64,000 bases of DNA. Source: a virus. The number at the start of each line of letters is the position of its first letter. Position 1 is the first letter of the stretch. The DNA lies in IMG/VR virus record IMGVR_UViG_3300045988_167063; one strand, written 5' to 3'. Position numbers and translations under genes: made by a program. Below the pieces are notes generated by a model. It ran no database searches and was not told where the DNA came from. It saw only the letters and a list, made by a program, of their open reading frames with translations. Positions 28,023-35,209 of the stretch are shown here, piece by piece.

Positions 28023-28209
28023 CCTATCGTTGAAAAAACATACTCAAATAACATAAATTCAACGCTACTTTCAGTTTTTGATACCAAACCTTGTCTATAT
28101 TATATATATTATATAATTTAATCCTGCCACCAGTATGACACGCTTTGGTATCAAATCCGAAAACTAAAGCTAAATTTTCATTATCTGAAACAAATTTTCA
28201 ACGATAGCA
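28023..28209. repeat. about 190-bp imperfect palindrome with a TA-rich core
   Basis: Outer arms CTATCGTTGAAAA (28024-36) and TTTTCAACGATAG (28196-208) are perfect complements. Inner arms TTGATACCAAA (28078-88) and TTTGGTATCAA (28144-54) are also perfect complements. The centre is TATATTATATATATTATATAA. Confidence 0.85.
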
Positions 28210-28337
28210 AGTCCTTAATATAAGGGGTAATTACTTTTTAGGAGTGGCTAAATATAGTAAAAAATCGGAAAAATGAAAGAAAATGTTGAAAATAATGGAA
28301 ATTGGGAATAGAGTTGCGAGTGTTGAATAGCCGAGCG

Positions 28338-28354
28338 TGTGAATAAAAATCACA
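28338..28354. promoter_or_regulatory. palindromic site TGTGA-N7-TCACA (copy 1 of 4)
   Basis: TGTGAataaaaaTCACA in non-coding DNA. Confidence 0.5.
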
Positions 28355-28659
28355 AGGGGTTGTGAATTTGAGAAACACCCCCGTTAATAGACACTTTTAT
28401 TATTTTTGTCTATTATCTTTTAAACTTTCAGCGATTCAAGCGGTAAGCGGTTAAAATCATTTAAAATCTTGTAAAAAAATGATATATAAATAATATTATA
28501 CAATGTTTTTATAAGCGGTTGAAAAAATCAAGCATTTATTAAATTGTATACTTTTTTTTGAAGATTTTTTTGTGTATTTTTAGTATACAGTGCTTTCAGG
28601 TAATCGCGTAAAGTCCAAAAAGTGTACTATACAATCAACCTATACGAATGCTTATCATT

Positions 28660-29100
28660 ATAGCCTTAATCTATATCAATATTATATCATTACTTATATA
28701 TACTATATATCAATATATATATATATACTCTTATATATTATAGTATCTTTTAGTATAATATAACATACTCTTATTATATACCATCATATCAATATCACAT
28801 ATACAATTTTAAAAATCAATAGTACAATTTTATACACTATATATCATATTATATATAACTATATCTTTATTGATATAGTACAATTATATACACTATAATA
28901 TATATAATAATCTTAATATATAATACTTCAGTATATAGTATATTGTAATATATTATATAAGATATAATAATATATCAATATCAATTTAAAATATTAAATA
29001 TTAAAATAAAATTTAATTATTAAAAATATTGCCTATAAACCTATATAAAGCCGTTTTAATATAAAATAATGATATTATATTATTAAATATTAAAAAGTGT
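28660..29100. repeat. TA-rich low-complexity tract with internal repeats
   Basis: Almost pure A/T over several hundred bp. It contains an (AT)7 run (28713-27) and a 23-nt repeat ATAGTACAATT(T/A)TATACACTATA at 28819-41 and 28875-97. Confidence 0.8.
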
Positions 29101-29160
29101 TTATATAAGCGTCAGAGAGCCTGACTTTAATGATTTAGCGTATTAAAGTGGGCAGGCAAT

Positions 29161-29188
29161 AAAAAAAAGCCTTGCATTATACAAGGCT
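29161..29188 (-). terminator. rho-independent terminator of the reverse cassette
   Basis: On the minus strand AGCCUUG/CAAGGCU is followed by U8. It lies 10 nt after the stop of 29198-29425. Confidence 0.8.
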
Positions 29189-29197
29189 TTAAAAATT

Positions 29198-29425
29198 TTA
29201 ATTTATTGAATTAAAAAGCTTCGAAGCTTCTATATCGTCAACAGCGTATAACTCACTTTTATAATTCCCGTCATTAAGTATAAAATAACGAGTCTTAATA
29301 GGTGCGCCGCATATCTTCGCCCAATCTTCCCGCTCTGCTGCTGTTGGTAATACTTCATCTCTAAATAAAGCCATAAAGCCTCGGCGGTCTATCTCGTACG
29401 CTTTATAGTTATTATTATAATACAT
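29198..29425 (-). CDS. hypothetical protein
   Basis: 75 aa. It is the second gene of the reverse-oriented cassette and looks visibly GC-richer than its surroundings. Confidence 0.55.
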   Translation of the reverse strand: MYYNNNYKAYEIDRRGFMALFRDEVLPTAAEREDWAKICGAPIKTRYFILNDGNYKSELYAVDDIEASKLFNSIN

Positions 29426-29439
29426 TTTATACCCTCTTT

Positions 29440-29844
29440 CTATTCTTCTGCTGATTGTATTTTATCTAATCTTGATTCTAATTCAAGACGGTTATCTTCT
29501 ATATATTCGGCAATGCAAGACGGCAATACATAGCATCTAATTATAACATCAAGCCATTCTGTGCCCTTGTCTAATACATCAATATTATTATATCCAAATT
29601 CCTGAAGTGCTTCACTTGCTAAACTCAAGTTATTTATTAGTGCTTCTTCTGCTTTATAAGAATTGCAATAATAAGAGCCCGAAGCGTTCCCTGTTACTGC
29701 GTCTTCGTTCCATAACTCATCATTTAAAACTTCTTCATATTCTTCCAAATCATTAGGACGAACCGCTTCAATGTTTAAATAATATGCTTCATCATTTATA
29801 ACATCTTCTATTGATTGTTTTACTTCTTCATAGTAATTATACAT
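29440..29844 (-). CDS. hypothetical strongly acidic protein
   Basis: 134 aa, rich in D/E (e.g. EEYEEVLNDELWNEDAVTGNASGSYYCNSYKAEEAL). GGAGGT RBS. Confidence 0.55.
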   Translation of the reverse strand: MYNYYEEVKQSIEDVINDEAYYLNIEAVRPNDLEEYEEVLNDELWNEDAVTGNASGSYYCNSYKAEEALINNLSLASEALQEFGYNNIDVLDKGTEWLDVIIRCYVLPSCIAEYIEDNRLELESRLDKIQSAEE

Positions 29845-29918
29845 AATAAATACCTCCGTTTAACGCCCGTCGGCTTATTCTTTTTAACTCTTGGCGTTAC
29901 GCCCTTCGTTCTGTCTAT

Positions 29919-29947
29919 ACTATAACACGCATCCGCCGATTTGTCAA
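29919..29947 (-). promoter_or_regulatory. sigma-A-type promoter of the reverse cassette
   Basis: On the minus strand: TTGACA (rc of 29942-47), 17-nt spacer, TGtTATAGT (rc of 29919-24). Confidence 0.6.
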
Positions 29948-30367
29948 CATATTTCTTGAAGTTTATGCAACTTGTATACTTCAAGCCGATTTATAGCCGG
30001 CTTTTTGTGCATATTGCATAAATTCAGAGCTTTTGGTATGTTTTATAGTACAATTTAATTAAAAGTGTATTATAACTAACTTCGTGTGCTTTAGTCAAGT
30101 AAAGTTTGCCACTTTTGAGGGTGTAGGAATATAGATATATTACTAACACTAAAAACGGCTTATATCGGCTTTCAGAGCCTTATAATACACTTTGATATAA
30201 AATGCACATTATTTTAGCGTTCATATTATTACACTTTGTATATATCAATTTTACTATATGTAATATAACTAATTGTATAGTTTATGTTTACATATTGTAT
30301 AATAGACTTTTGTTTATTATTATATCATTGTCTATTTATGAATAAATTGTAAAATTTAAAATAATTG

Positions 30368-30396
30368 TTGACTTTTAAACGGCTTTATGTTATTAT
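30368..30396 (+). promoter_or_regulatory. sigma-A-type promoter with no ORF downstream
   Basis: TTGACT, 17-nt spacer, TGtTATTAT. The next about 340 nt have no plausible ORF. Confidence 0.5.
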
Positions 30397-30625
30397 ACAA
30401 AGTGAATTATAACGACTTTTAGTGCTTTATAATTGTAACAATTTTGTAATAACCTATTAAAATTATAGGTATTGTAATTTTATGCAGGGTATCACGCTTT
30501 ACCGTGATAAAGTGTTAAAGTCCTATTAAATTAGTAGGATATTATATATTATTTAATTGATAAAAATATATCAATCTTATTTAAAATTTTATCAATCTTA
30601 AATGTGAATAATTATATAATTTTTA

Positions 30626-30642
30626 TGTGAATTTTAGTCACA
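30626..30642. promoter_or_regulatory. palindromic site TGTGA-N7-TCACA (copy 2 of 4)
   Basis: TGTGAattttagTCACA in non-coding DNA. Confidence 0.5.
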
Positions 30643-30737
30643 AAGTCAAAGTGTAGTGAACGCTTGTGAGGGTAATGGTGAGATTGAAATTTGCCCCGAG
30701 GAAATTATGAACAGTTTGTAAACAAATCAAAAAAGTC

Positions 30738-30766
30738 TTGACGAGTGCAAACAAGTATGTTATATT
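30738..30766 (+). promoter_or_regulatory. sigma-A-type promoter
   Basis: TTGACG, 17-nt spacer, TGtTATATT, with an A-tract upstream. Confidence 0.6.
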
Positions 30767-30822
30767 GTAATCAAGCTAAACGGCAAAAGCCGAAAATAAA
30801 TGTAGTATAGGGAGGTTTAATT

Positions 30823-31044
30823 ATGACATTAGATAATCAAATTAAAAATTATAATTATAGGGTTAATGTGCTTTTCAAAAACCATCTAACAGGTTGGGAA
30901 AAAAGATATACAGTAGAATTTCCTGAATTTTGGCTGGCAATGAAGTATGTTGAAGCATTACAAGATAACGAAGATATTGTAAAAATTTTTCTATTAGAAC
31001 GCATATCAGACGGTAGTTTTGATATTACAAGGAAGTTTAAATAA
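30823..31044 (+). CDS. hypothetical protein
   Basis: 73 aa with a GGGAGG RBS and its own promoter. Confidence 0.6.
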   Translation: MTLDNQIKNYNYRVNVLFKNHLTGWEKRYTVEFPEFWLAMKYVEALQDNEDIVKIFLLERISDGSFDITRKFK

Positions 31045-31066
31045 ATTCAATTTTTTCAAAAAAGTA

Positions 31067-31095
31067 TTGACAAGTTCATAAATTTGTGCTATATT
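31067..31095 (+). promoter_or_regulatory. sigma-A-type promoter
   Basis: TTGACA, 17-nt spacer, TGcTATATT. Confidence 0.6.
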
Positions 31096-31147
31096 AAAAT
31101 CAACAAATAAAACTGTGCTAACGGTTATACGGGCAGGAGATATTATT

Positions 31148-31351
31148 ATGTGTTATCTAATTGAGGTCACGGAGATAGAGGAAGTAACGCCAAAACAACA
31201 AGGCTACACGCACAGCAAGGATTTTTGCATTGCAACGCTTGAGGAGGCAATGTGCGGAGCGTATGATAAAGTCGATATATTAAACGCTGTAACAGGCGAA
31301 GTGTTAGCAGCCTTCTATGATGAGGAATTAGCCTATAACATTTTATATTGA
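31148..31351 (+). CDS. hypothetical protein
   Basis: 67 aa counted from the ATG at 31148 (GCAGGAGA RBS). The track's longer ORF starts at 31115 without an RBS. Confidence 0.55.
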   Translation: MCYLIEVTEIEEVTPKQQGYTHSKDFCIATLEEAMCGAYDKVDILNAVTGEVLAAFYDEELAYNILY

Positions 31352-31446
31352 TTTTAAAAAAACAATTTTCGTTTTCAGATTTGAAAATCAAAATCAAAAT
31401 TCAGATTTGAAAACGAAAATTGAAAATTGAAAATGAGGTTTGAAAA

Positions 31447-31767
31447 ATGAAAACTAACAAAAATATAAACATTTATACATTTACGAAGATTTTTGAAAAT
31501 GAAATTGAAAAAATCAATAAATTTAAAAATCCGCATACAATGGCAGGATTTGACGAAGCCGTTGATTTTTTTATTCACGATTTTTTACCGTTGCAATATG
31601 ATTTTTGCAAAGAATTTTTTAATTGTTATTACAAAGATAATTTTGAGTTATCACAAGAAGTTGAATATGACGGCAAAAAAACAATTTATTATTCTATAAC
31701 CGAGGTTGAAATGGTGGCTTTTGCCTTCACAATTACATATTTTGAAGATTTTAATGCTTATTATTAA
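31447..31767 (+). CDS. hypothetical protein
   Basis: 106 aa with a GAGG RBS. The alternative-frame ORF 31493-31699 was rejected. Confidence 0.55.
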   Translation: MKTNKNINIYTFTKIFENEIEKINKFKNPHTMAGFDEAVDFFIHDFLPLQYDFCKEFFNCYYKDNFELSQEVEYDGKKTIYYSITEVEMVAFAFTITYFEDFNAYY

Positions 31768-31785
31768 TTTTTTTTGAAAAAACAC

Positions 31786-31814
31786 TTGACAATTCAGCAA
31801 ATGTATGCTATTAT
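31786..31814 (+). promoter_or_regulatory. sigma-A-type promoter
   Basis: AAAAAACAC-TTGACA, 17-nt spacer, TGcTATTAT. Confidence 0.6.
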
Positions 31815-31846
31815 ATAGACAATGAATAACAAAGGAGTTAATTATT

Positions 31847-32050
31847 ATGACTAAAGAAATTATTGCAAAATTAAACACAATCGCAAAAGAGGATTTTACA
31901 AAAGCAAAAATAATGCTTGAGGGTATAAACCTTGCTTTAGGAACAGAATACGGATGGTTAAATAAAAGAGTTGTATTTTTTGATAATTCAAATAGTTCAA
32001 CTGCTGAAAAATATGCACATTCTCACGATGCATATGCATATTTTAATTAA
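31847..32050 (+). CDS. hypothetical protein
   Basis: 67 aa with an AAAGGAG RBS. Confidence 0.6.
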   Translation: MTKEIIAKLNTIAKEDFTKAKIMLEGINLALGTEYGWLNKRVVFFDNSNSSTAEKYAHSHDAYAYFN

Positions 32051-32133
32051 AAAACACGCTTCTTGAGGGTTGAGCGCATCAGCCCTATACCATTAAAATT
32101 ATAGTCGGCGGACTTAAAACGCAAAGGAAAATT

Positions 32134-32586
32134 ATGAGAACAGAAAAAGAGATTAGACAAGAATTAAAAGACTTGTTTGAGGAGGACAATGCACTATTTA
32201 ACGAAACTATTGAGGAATTAGACTCTTATAATGGTTACTTGGGCGATGACCGTTATTATTTTATGGAAGACTTAACAGATTATATTGATACTTCAGATTT
32301 GTGGAGCAGTTTAATTTATCGTATGTTTTATGGTAGAGACGATGACTGTTATATTACTAATAGTCAAGGCGAAAAAGAATATTCACAATTCAACCCAAAT
32401 AGAGAATATTATTATTATGATGGTTATGGTAATTTGGTTAGTAGTGATGATAAAGATTATTCAAATTATCTTGATGATTATTTTATTGATGATTTGCTTG
32501 AAAACCGTTCTTATTTAAGTCTTGACACAGATGTTGAAGCATTACTTGACGAGTTGGAAAACGCAGAGCAGGGCGAGGAGGAATAA
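32134..32586 (+). CDS. hypothetical strongly acidic Asp/Tyr-rich protein
   Basis: 150 aa. It has long D/E/Y-rich stretches such as DDKDYSNYLDDYFIDDLLEN and an EQGEEE tail. Confidence 0.55.
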   Translation: MRTEKEIRQELKDLFEEDNALFNETIEELDSYNGYLGDDRYYFMEDLTDYIDTSDLWSSLIYRMFYGRDDDCYITNSQGEKEYSQFNPNREYYYYDGYGNLVSSDDKDYSNYLDDYFIDDLLENRSYLSLDTDVEALLDELENAEQGEEE

Positions 32587-32589
32587 ACA

Positions 32590-33174
32590 ATGGCAACACT
32601 AAAACAAAAGCAGACGGCTGCTAATAAGATTTTGAAAGTTAATTATCCCACCTATGGCATCAAAAGAAGAGAATACTTGGGAAACGCTTTAGTTGATAAT
32701 GAAGGCAATCAATATTATTTTTGCAATTATATGGGCGTTAAAACAAGTGAAAAAATCATTGATGAGCAAGACTTAAAACTGTTAGATTTTGAAAATTATA
32801 ATCTTATTAACAATTCTTTAATTAAAAGTTATTGTCTTGATGTAGATTTGTCAAAATATAAAAAAGTCAAGTGTGACTTAAAGTCACTAAAAGTTGAAAA
32901 GAAATGGTACAAAGAAAACAAAAAAAAATATAGTCCGAATATTTTTTTGTATGATTTTCATTTTTGTGATAATTCCACAATAGTCGACATTGATTATCTT
33001 ATAACACTCTTAACTATTATTGATGAAGGAGATATATATATTCCACCGCAAATTACAAAGCCTATTGTAATTAAGAATGATAATTCAATAGGTATTCTAA
33101 TGCAATGTAAACCGAGCGACGAAACAGCCGAAATCTTTGCAAAGCGTGACAAGGAGTTCAAATATGTTGACTAA
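32590..33174 (+). CDS. hypothetical protein
   Basis: 194 aa, beginning 3 nt after the upstream stop. Confidence 0.55.
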   Translation: MATLKQKQTAANKILKVNYPTYGIKRREYLGNALVDNEGNQYYFCNYMGVKTSEKIIDEQDLKLLDFENYNLINNSLIKSYCLDVDLSKYKKVKCDLKSLKVEKKWYKENKKKYSPNIFLYDFHFCDNSTIVDIDYLITLLTIIDEGDIYIPPQITKPIVIKNDNSIGILMQCKPSDETAEIFAKRDKEFKYVD

Positions 33175-33376
33175 TGTTCAGTTAATTCAAAGTAGCAAAA
33201 ACTATACTATTATTCAGGTTGACAATGATATAATATGCTTCAGCTTTAAGAAGCCTATAAGTGTTTATAATGGCGAAAATAAAAAACTTGTGAAATTTAA
33301 TAAAAATATTACAACAGAAACAAATAAAAAGCATTTTGCATTTTTTTTAAAATATTTACTTGACAAGTTGAAATAA
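33164..33376 (+). CDS. hypothetical protein
   Basis: 70 aa counted from the ATG at 33164 (AAGGAG RBS). The track start at 33137 lies inside the upstream gene. Confidence 0.5.
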   Translation: MLTNVQLIQSSKNYTIIQVDNDIICFSFKKPISVYNGENKKLVKFNKNITTETNKKHFAFFLKYLLDKLK

Positions 33377-33388
33377 AAGTGATATATT
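33360..33388 (+). promoter_or_regulatory. sigma-A-type promoter
   Basis: TTGACA, 17-nt spacer, TGaTATATT. It overlaps the last codons of the upstream ORF. Confidence 0.55.
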
Positions 33389-33426
33389 TAAACTACAAAA
33401 TAAATTAAGTTTTGGAGGAAATAAAA

Positions 33427-34038
33427 ATGAGTAAAAAGCAATTAAGTGTTGCTACCATTAAGAAATGGTTAATTAATGATGATTGGCATCTTCGTGTTGT
33501 TGCAATGAATACTTGTAAAAATCGTGATGTTTCACTTAATATTATCAAACAAGGATTGAATGATAATGATTGTGATGTCCGTGCAGCCGCAATGAAAGCT
33601 TGTCAAGGTCGTGATATTTCATTAGATATTATTAAACAGGGATTAAATGATGATAATTGGATAGTTCGCAAAGTTGCAATAAAATACATTAAAGATAATA
33701 ATATTGAGAATGTATATGTACCATATAGAGCGATTGAGCCACCGAAAAAAGTTTATAAAAAATGTATGGGCGATGTTATTGTTGTAGCTACAATTCCAGA
33801 TGATGCTGAAGTCAGAGGCAGTTATAATAACAAGTGTAGAACGAATAAAGCAAAAATCATTGATATTATAGGTACATTTGGTGAAGTGAAAGTCGGTATA
33901 TCAATGTACGATATGACAACAACATACTTCGTTGGGGATGATGTTTATATTGATGATTTTGATTTATCAAATAGGGAGTGTTCAACAGGTTTTCATTTCT
34001 TTTGTGATATTGAACAGGCAAAAAACTATAATTTTTAA
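33427..34038 (+). CDS. HEAT-repeat protein with an uncharacterised C-terminal domain
   Basis: Tandem repeats DDWHLRVVAMNTCKNRDVSLNIIKQGLND, NDCDVRAAAMKACQGRDISLDIIKQGLND and DNWIVRKVAIKY. The ATG at 33427 follows GGAGGA. Confidence 0.6.
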   Translation: MSKKQLSVATIKKWLINDDWHLRVVAMNTCKNRDVSLNIIKQGLNDNDCDVRAAAMKACQGRDISLDIIKQGLNDDNWIVRKVAIKYIKDNNIENVYVPYRAIEPPKKVYKKCMGDVIVVATIPDDAEVRGSYNNKCRTNKAKIIDIIGTFGEVKVGISMYDMTTTYFVGDDVYIDDFDLSNRECSTGFHFFCDIEQAKNYNF

Positions 34039-34055
34039 AATTTAATGAAAAACAC

Positions 34056-34084
34056 TTGACAATTAAATAAATTTATGATAATAT
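34056..34084 (+). promoter_or_regulatory. sigma-A-type promoter
   Basis: AAAAACAC-TTGACA, 17-nt spacer, TGaTAATAT. Confidence 0.55.
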
Positions 34085-34122
34085 GTTATTGTAATCGAAA
34101 GCAATAACATATTATTTTTTTT
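34081..34122 (+). terminator. rho-independent terminator overlapping the -10 of the next promoter
   Basis: ATATGTTATTG (34081-91) pairs with CAATAACATAT (34102-12), followed by TA and T8. Confidence 0.65.
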
Positions 34123-34136
34123 AGGAGGATTTGATT

Positions 34137-34292
34137 ATGAACACGATTAGACAATATAATAAAAGGCGCAATAATTATATGCCAATTAAAGAGCAGTATG
34201 CACTTATTAAACAATATTTTGGCAAAAAATTATTATCCGTTCAATTAGATAAAGAAGATAGAAATTACATAACAATTATTGTACGAGTTTAA
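34137..34292 (+). CDS. hypothetical small protein (51 aa)
   Basis: Hand-found ORF MNTIRQYNKRRNNYMPIKEQYALIKQYFGKKLLSVQLDKEDRNYITIIVRV. A strong AGGAGGA RBS lies 7 nt upstream. Confidence 0.5.
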   Translation: MNTIRQYNKRRNNYMPIKEQYALIKQYFGKKLLSVQLDKEDRNYITIIVRV

Positions 34293-34372
34293 TCATTTAT
34301 ACAAATTGCACAATATGATATAATACAAGTACAACAAAGGCAAGAAAGCTAATAACAAAGGAGTTAATTATT

Positions 34373-34579
34373 ATGAAGATAACAAAAAATACGACAATCA
34401 ATAAAATGTTTGAATTAGGGTTTACAGAGATGCGTTTTAAACAACTTATTGTTAATGAAAACGAAGATATTTTCACCTTGGAAGATTTTAAAAAAAATGG
34501 AAGAATGTATGGATTCGGCAATTATTCAATAGACAGATTTGAAAATGCGTTTTGCTGTGTTATTTCTTTTAGTATATAA
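34373..34579 (+). CDS. hypothetical protein
   Basis: 68 aa with an AAAGGAG RBS. Confidence 0.55.
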   Translation: MKITKNTTINKMFELGFTEMRFKQLIVNENEDIFTLEDFKKNGRMYGFGNYSIDRFENAFCCVISFSI

Positions 34580-34600
34580 TCATTATAGGAGGTAATAACA

Positions 34601-34777
34601 ATGACTGAATATCAATTTTTTGGAGTTTTATTTTTCGGTTTTATTCTTTTACTTATTCTTTTTGCGTTAGTTCTTGATTTTTCAGAAAAATGCAAAAATA
34701 AACGCAGGGAGCAGGAGCTTCAGCAATGGCAGCACAAAAGAAATAAAAAACATATTGAAAAAGGATTTGAATTATAA
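34601..34777 (+). CDS. hypothetical small membrane protein (58 aa)
   Basis: Hand-found ORF MTEYQFFGVLFFGFILLLILFALVLDFSEKCKNKRREQELQQWQHKRNKKHIEKGFEL. AGGAGGT RBS. Confidence 0.5.
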   Translation: MTEYQFFGVLFFGFILLLILFALVLDFSEKCKNKRREQELQQWQHKRNKKHIEKGFEL

Positions 34778-34782
34778 TTTTT

Positions 34783-34819
34783 AAAAGCACATTATTGCAA
34801 TGTGCTTTTATTTTTTTTT
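34783..34819 (+). terminator. rho-independent terminator
   Basis: AAAAGCACATT pairs with AATGTGCTTTT, followed by a T-run (34811-19). Confidence 0.8.
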
Positions 34820-34949
34820 GTTTGCTTGCTATTGTCGTTCGCTACAACGCTATCTAACACGCTTTTATGTATTATCAATAAAAATACTCGAATAAACTTT
34901 AAAAGCCGTTATAAAGCGTTGTAGGCGATATTCAGAACAGTAATATATT

Positions 34950-34966
34950 TGTGACTTTTATTCACA
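34950..34966. promoter_or_regulatory. palindromic site TGTGA-N7-TCACA (copy 3 of 4)
   Basis: TGTGActtttatTCACA. The 22-nt context ATTTGTGACTTTTATTCACAA is identical to copy 4. Confidence 0.55.
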
Positions 34967-34970
34967 ATTC

Positions 34971-34988
34971 TTTTTTTTTTTTTTTTTT
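34971..34988. repeat. T18 homopolymer
   Basis: 18 consecutive T, followed by ACTTCCCAT and ACTTTCCCAC. Confidence 0.95.
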
Positions 34989-35209
34989 ACTTCCCATACT
35001 TTCCCACTTCTAATTATACAGATTTTTTCAGAAAAAGTCAATAGATATTTTGTTAATTTTATTTGGCATTTTGCACAAATATTTGGCGGTTTATTTGTGC
35101 AATTTTACAACAAAATTTTTCTTGCTTTTTTGTGTCAAATATGCTATTATATATACAAACAGAAAAAACAAAAACACGAAAGCGTGTAATTATTTTTGGG
35201 AGGTATATT

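Noticed and set aside
28660-29100. Possible CRISPR array or other regular repeat-spacer structure in the TA-rich tract
   Set aside because: The repeats are short, degenerate and irregularly spaced. Only one 23-nt pair is present, 56 bp apart. The sequence is low-complexity A/T without conserved 25-40-nt repeats or unique spacers, and there are no cas genes.
27958-30822. The non-coding regions as a prophage end or attachment site, with host DNA between them
   Set aside because: Both sides carry the same promoter family and the same phage-like small genes. There is no host housekeeping gene, tRNA or direct att-type repeat pair at the borders, and the recombinase gene is 8 kb away.
31363-31422. 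The 14-bp inverted repeat CAATTTTCGTTTTC/GAAAACGAAAATTG with nested TTCAGATTTGAAAA direct repeats as a terminator or riboregulator
   Set aside because: It is a real hairpin, but it is embedded in GAAAAT-type low-complexity sequence (also seen at 36975-37050). It has no U-tract and a 32-nt loop, so there is not enough to assign a function.
31375-31878. ORFs 31375-31578(-), 31493-31699(+), 31651-31878(-), 32330-32518(+), 34297-34521(-), 35059-35341(-), 35684-35911(-), 37238-37450(-)
   Set aside because: They are alternative-frame or antisense ORFs overlapping better-supported genes or promoter/terminator DNA. Their products are low-complexity Phe/Ile/Asn-rich sequences.
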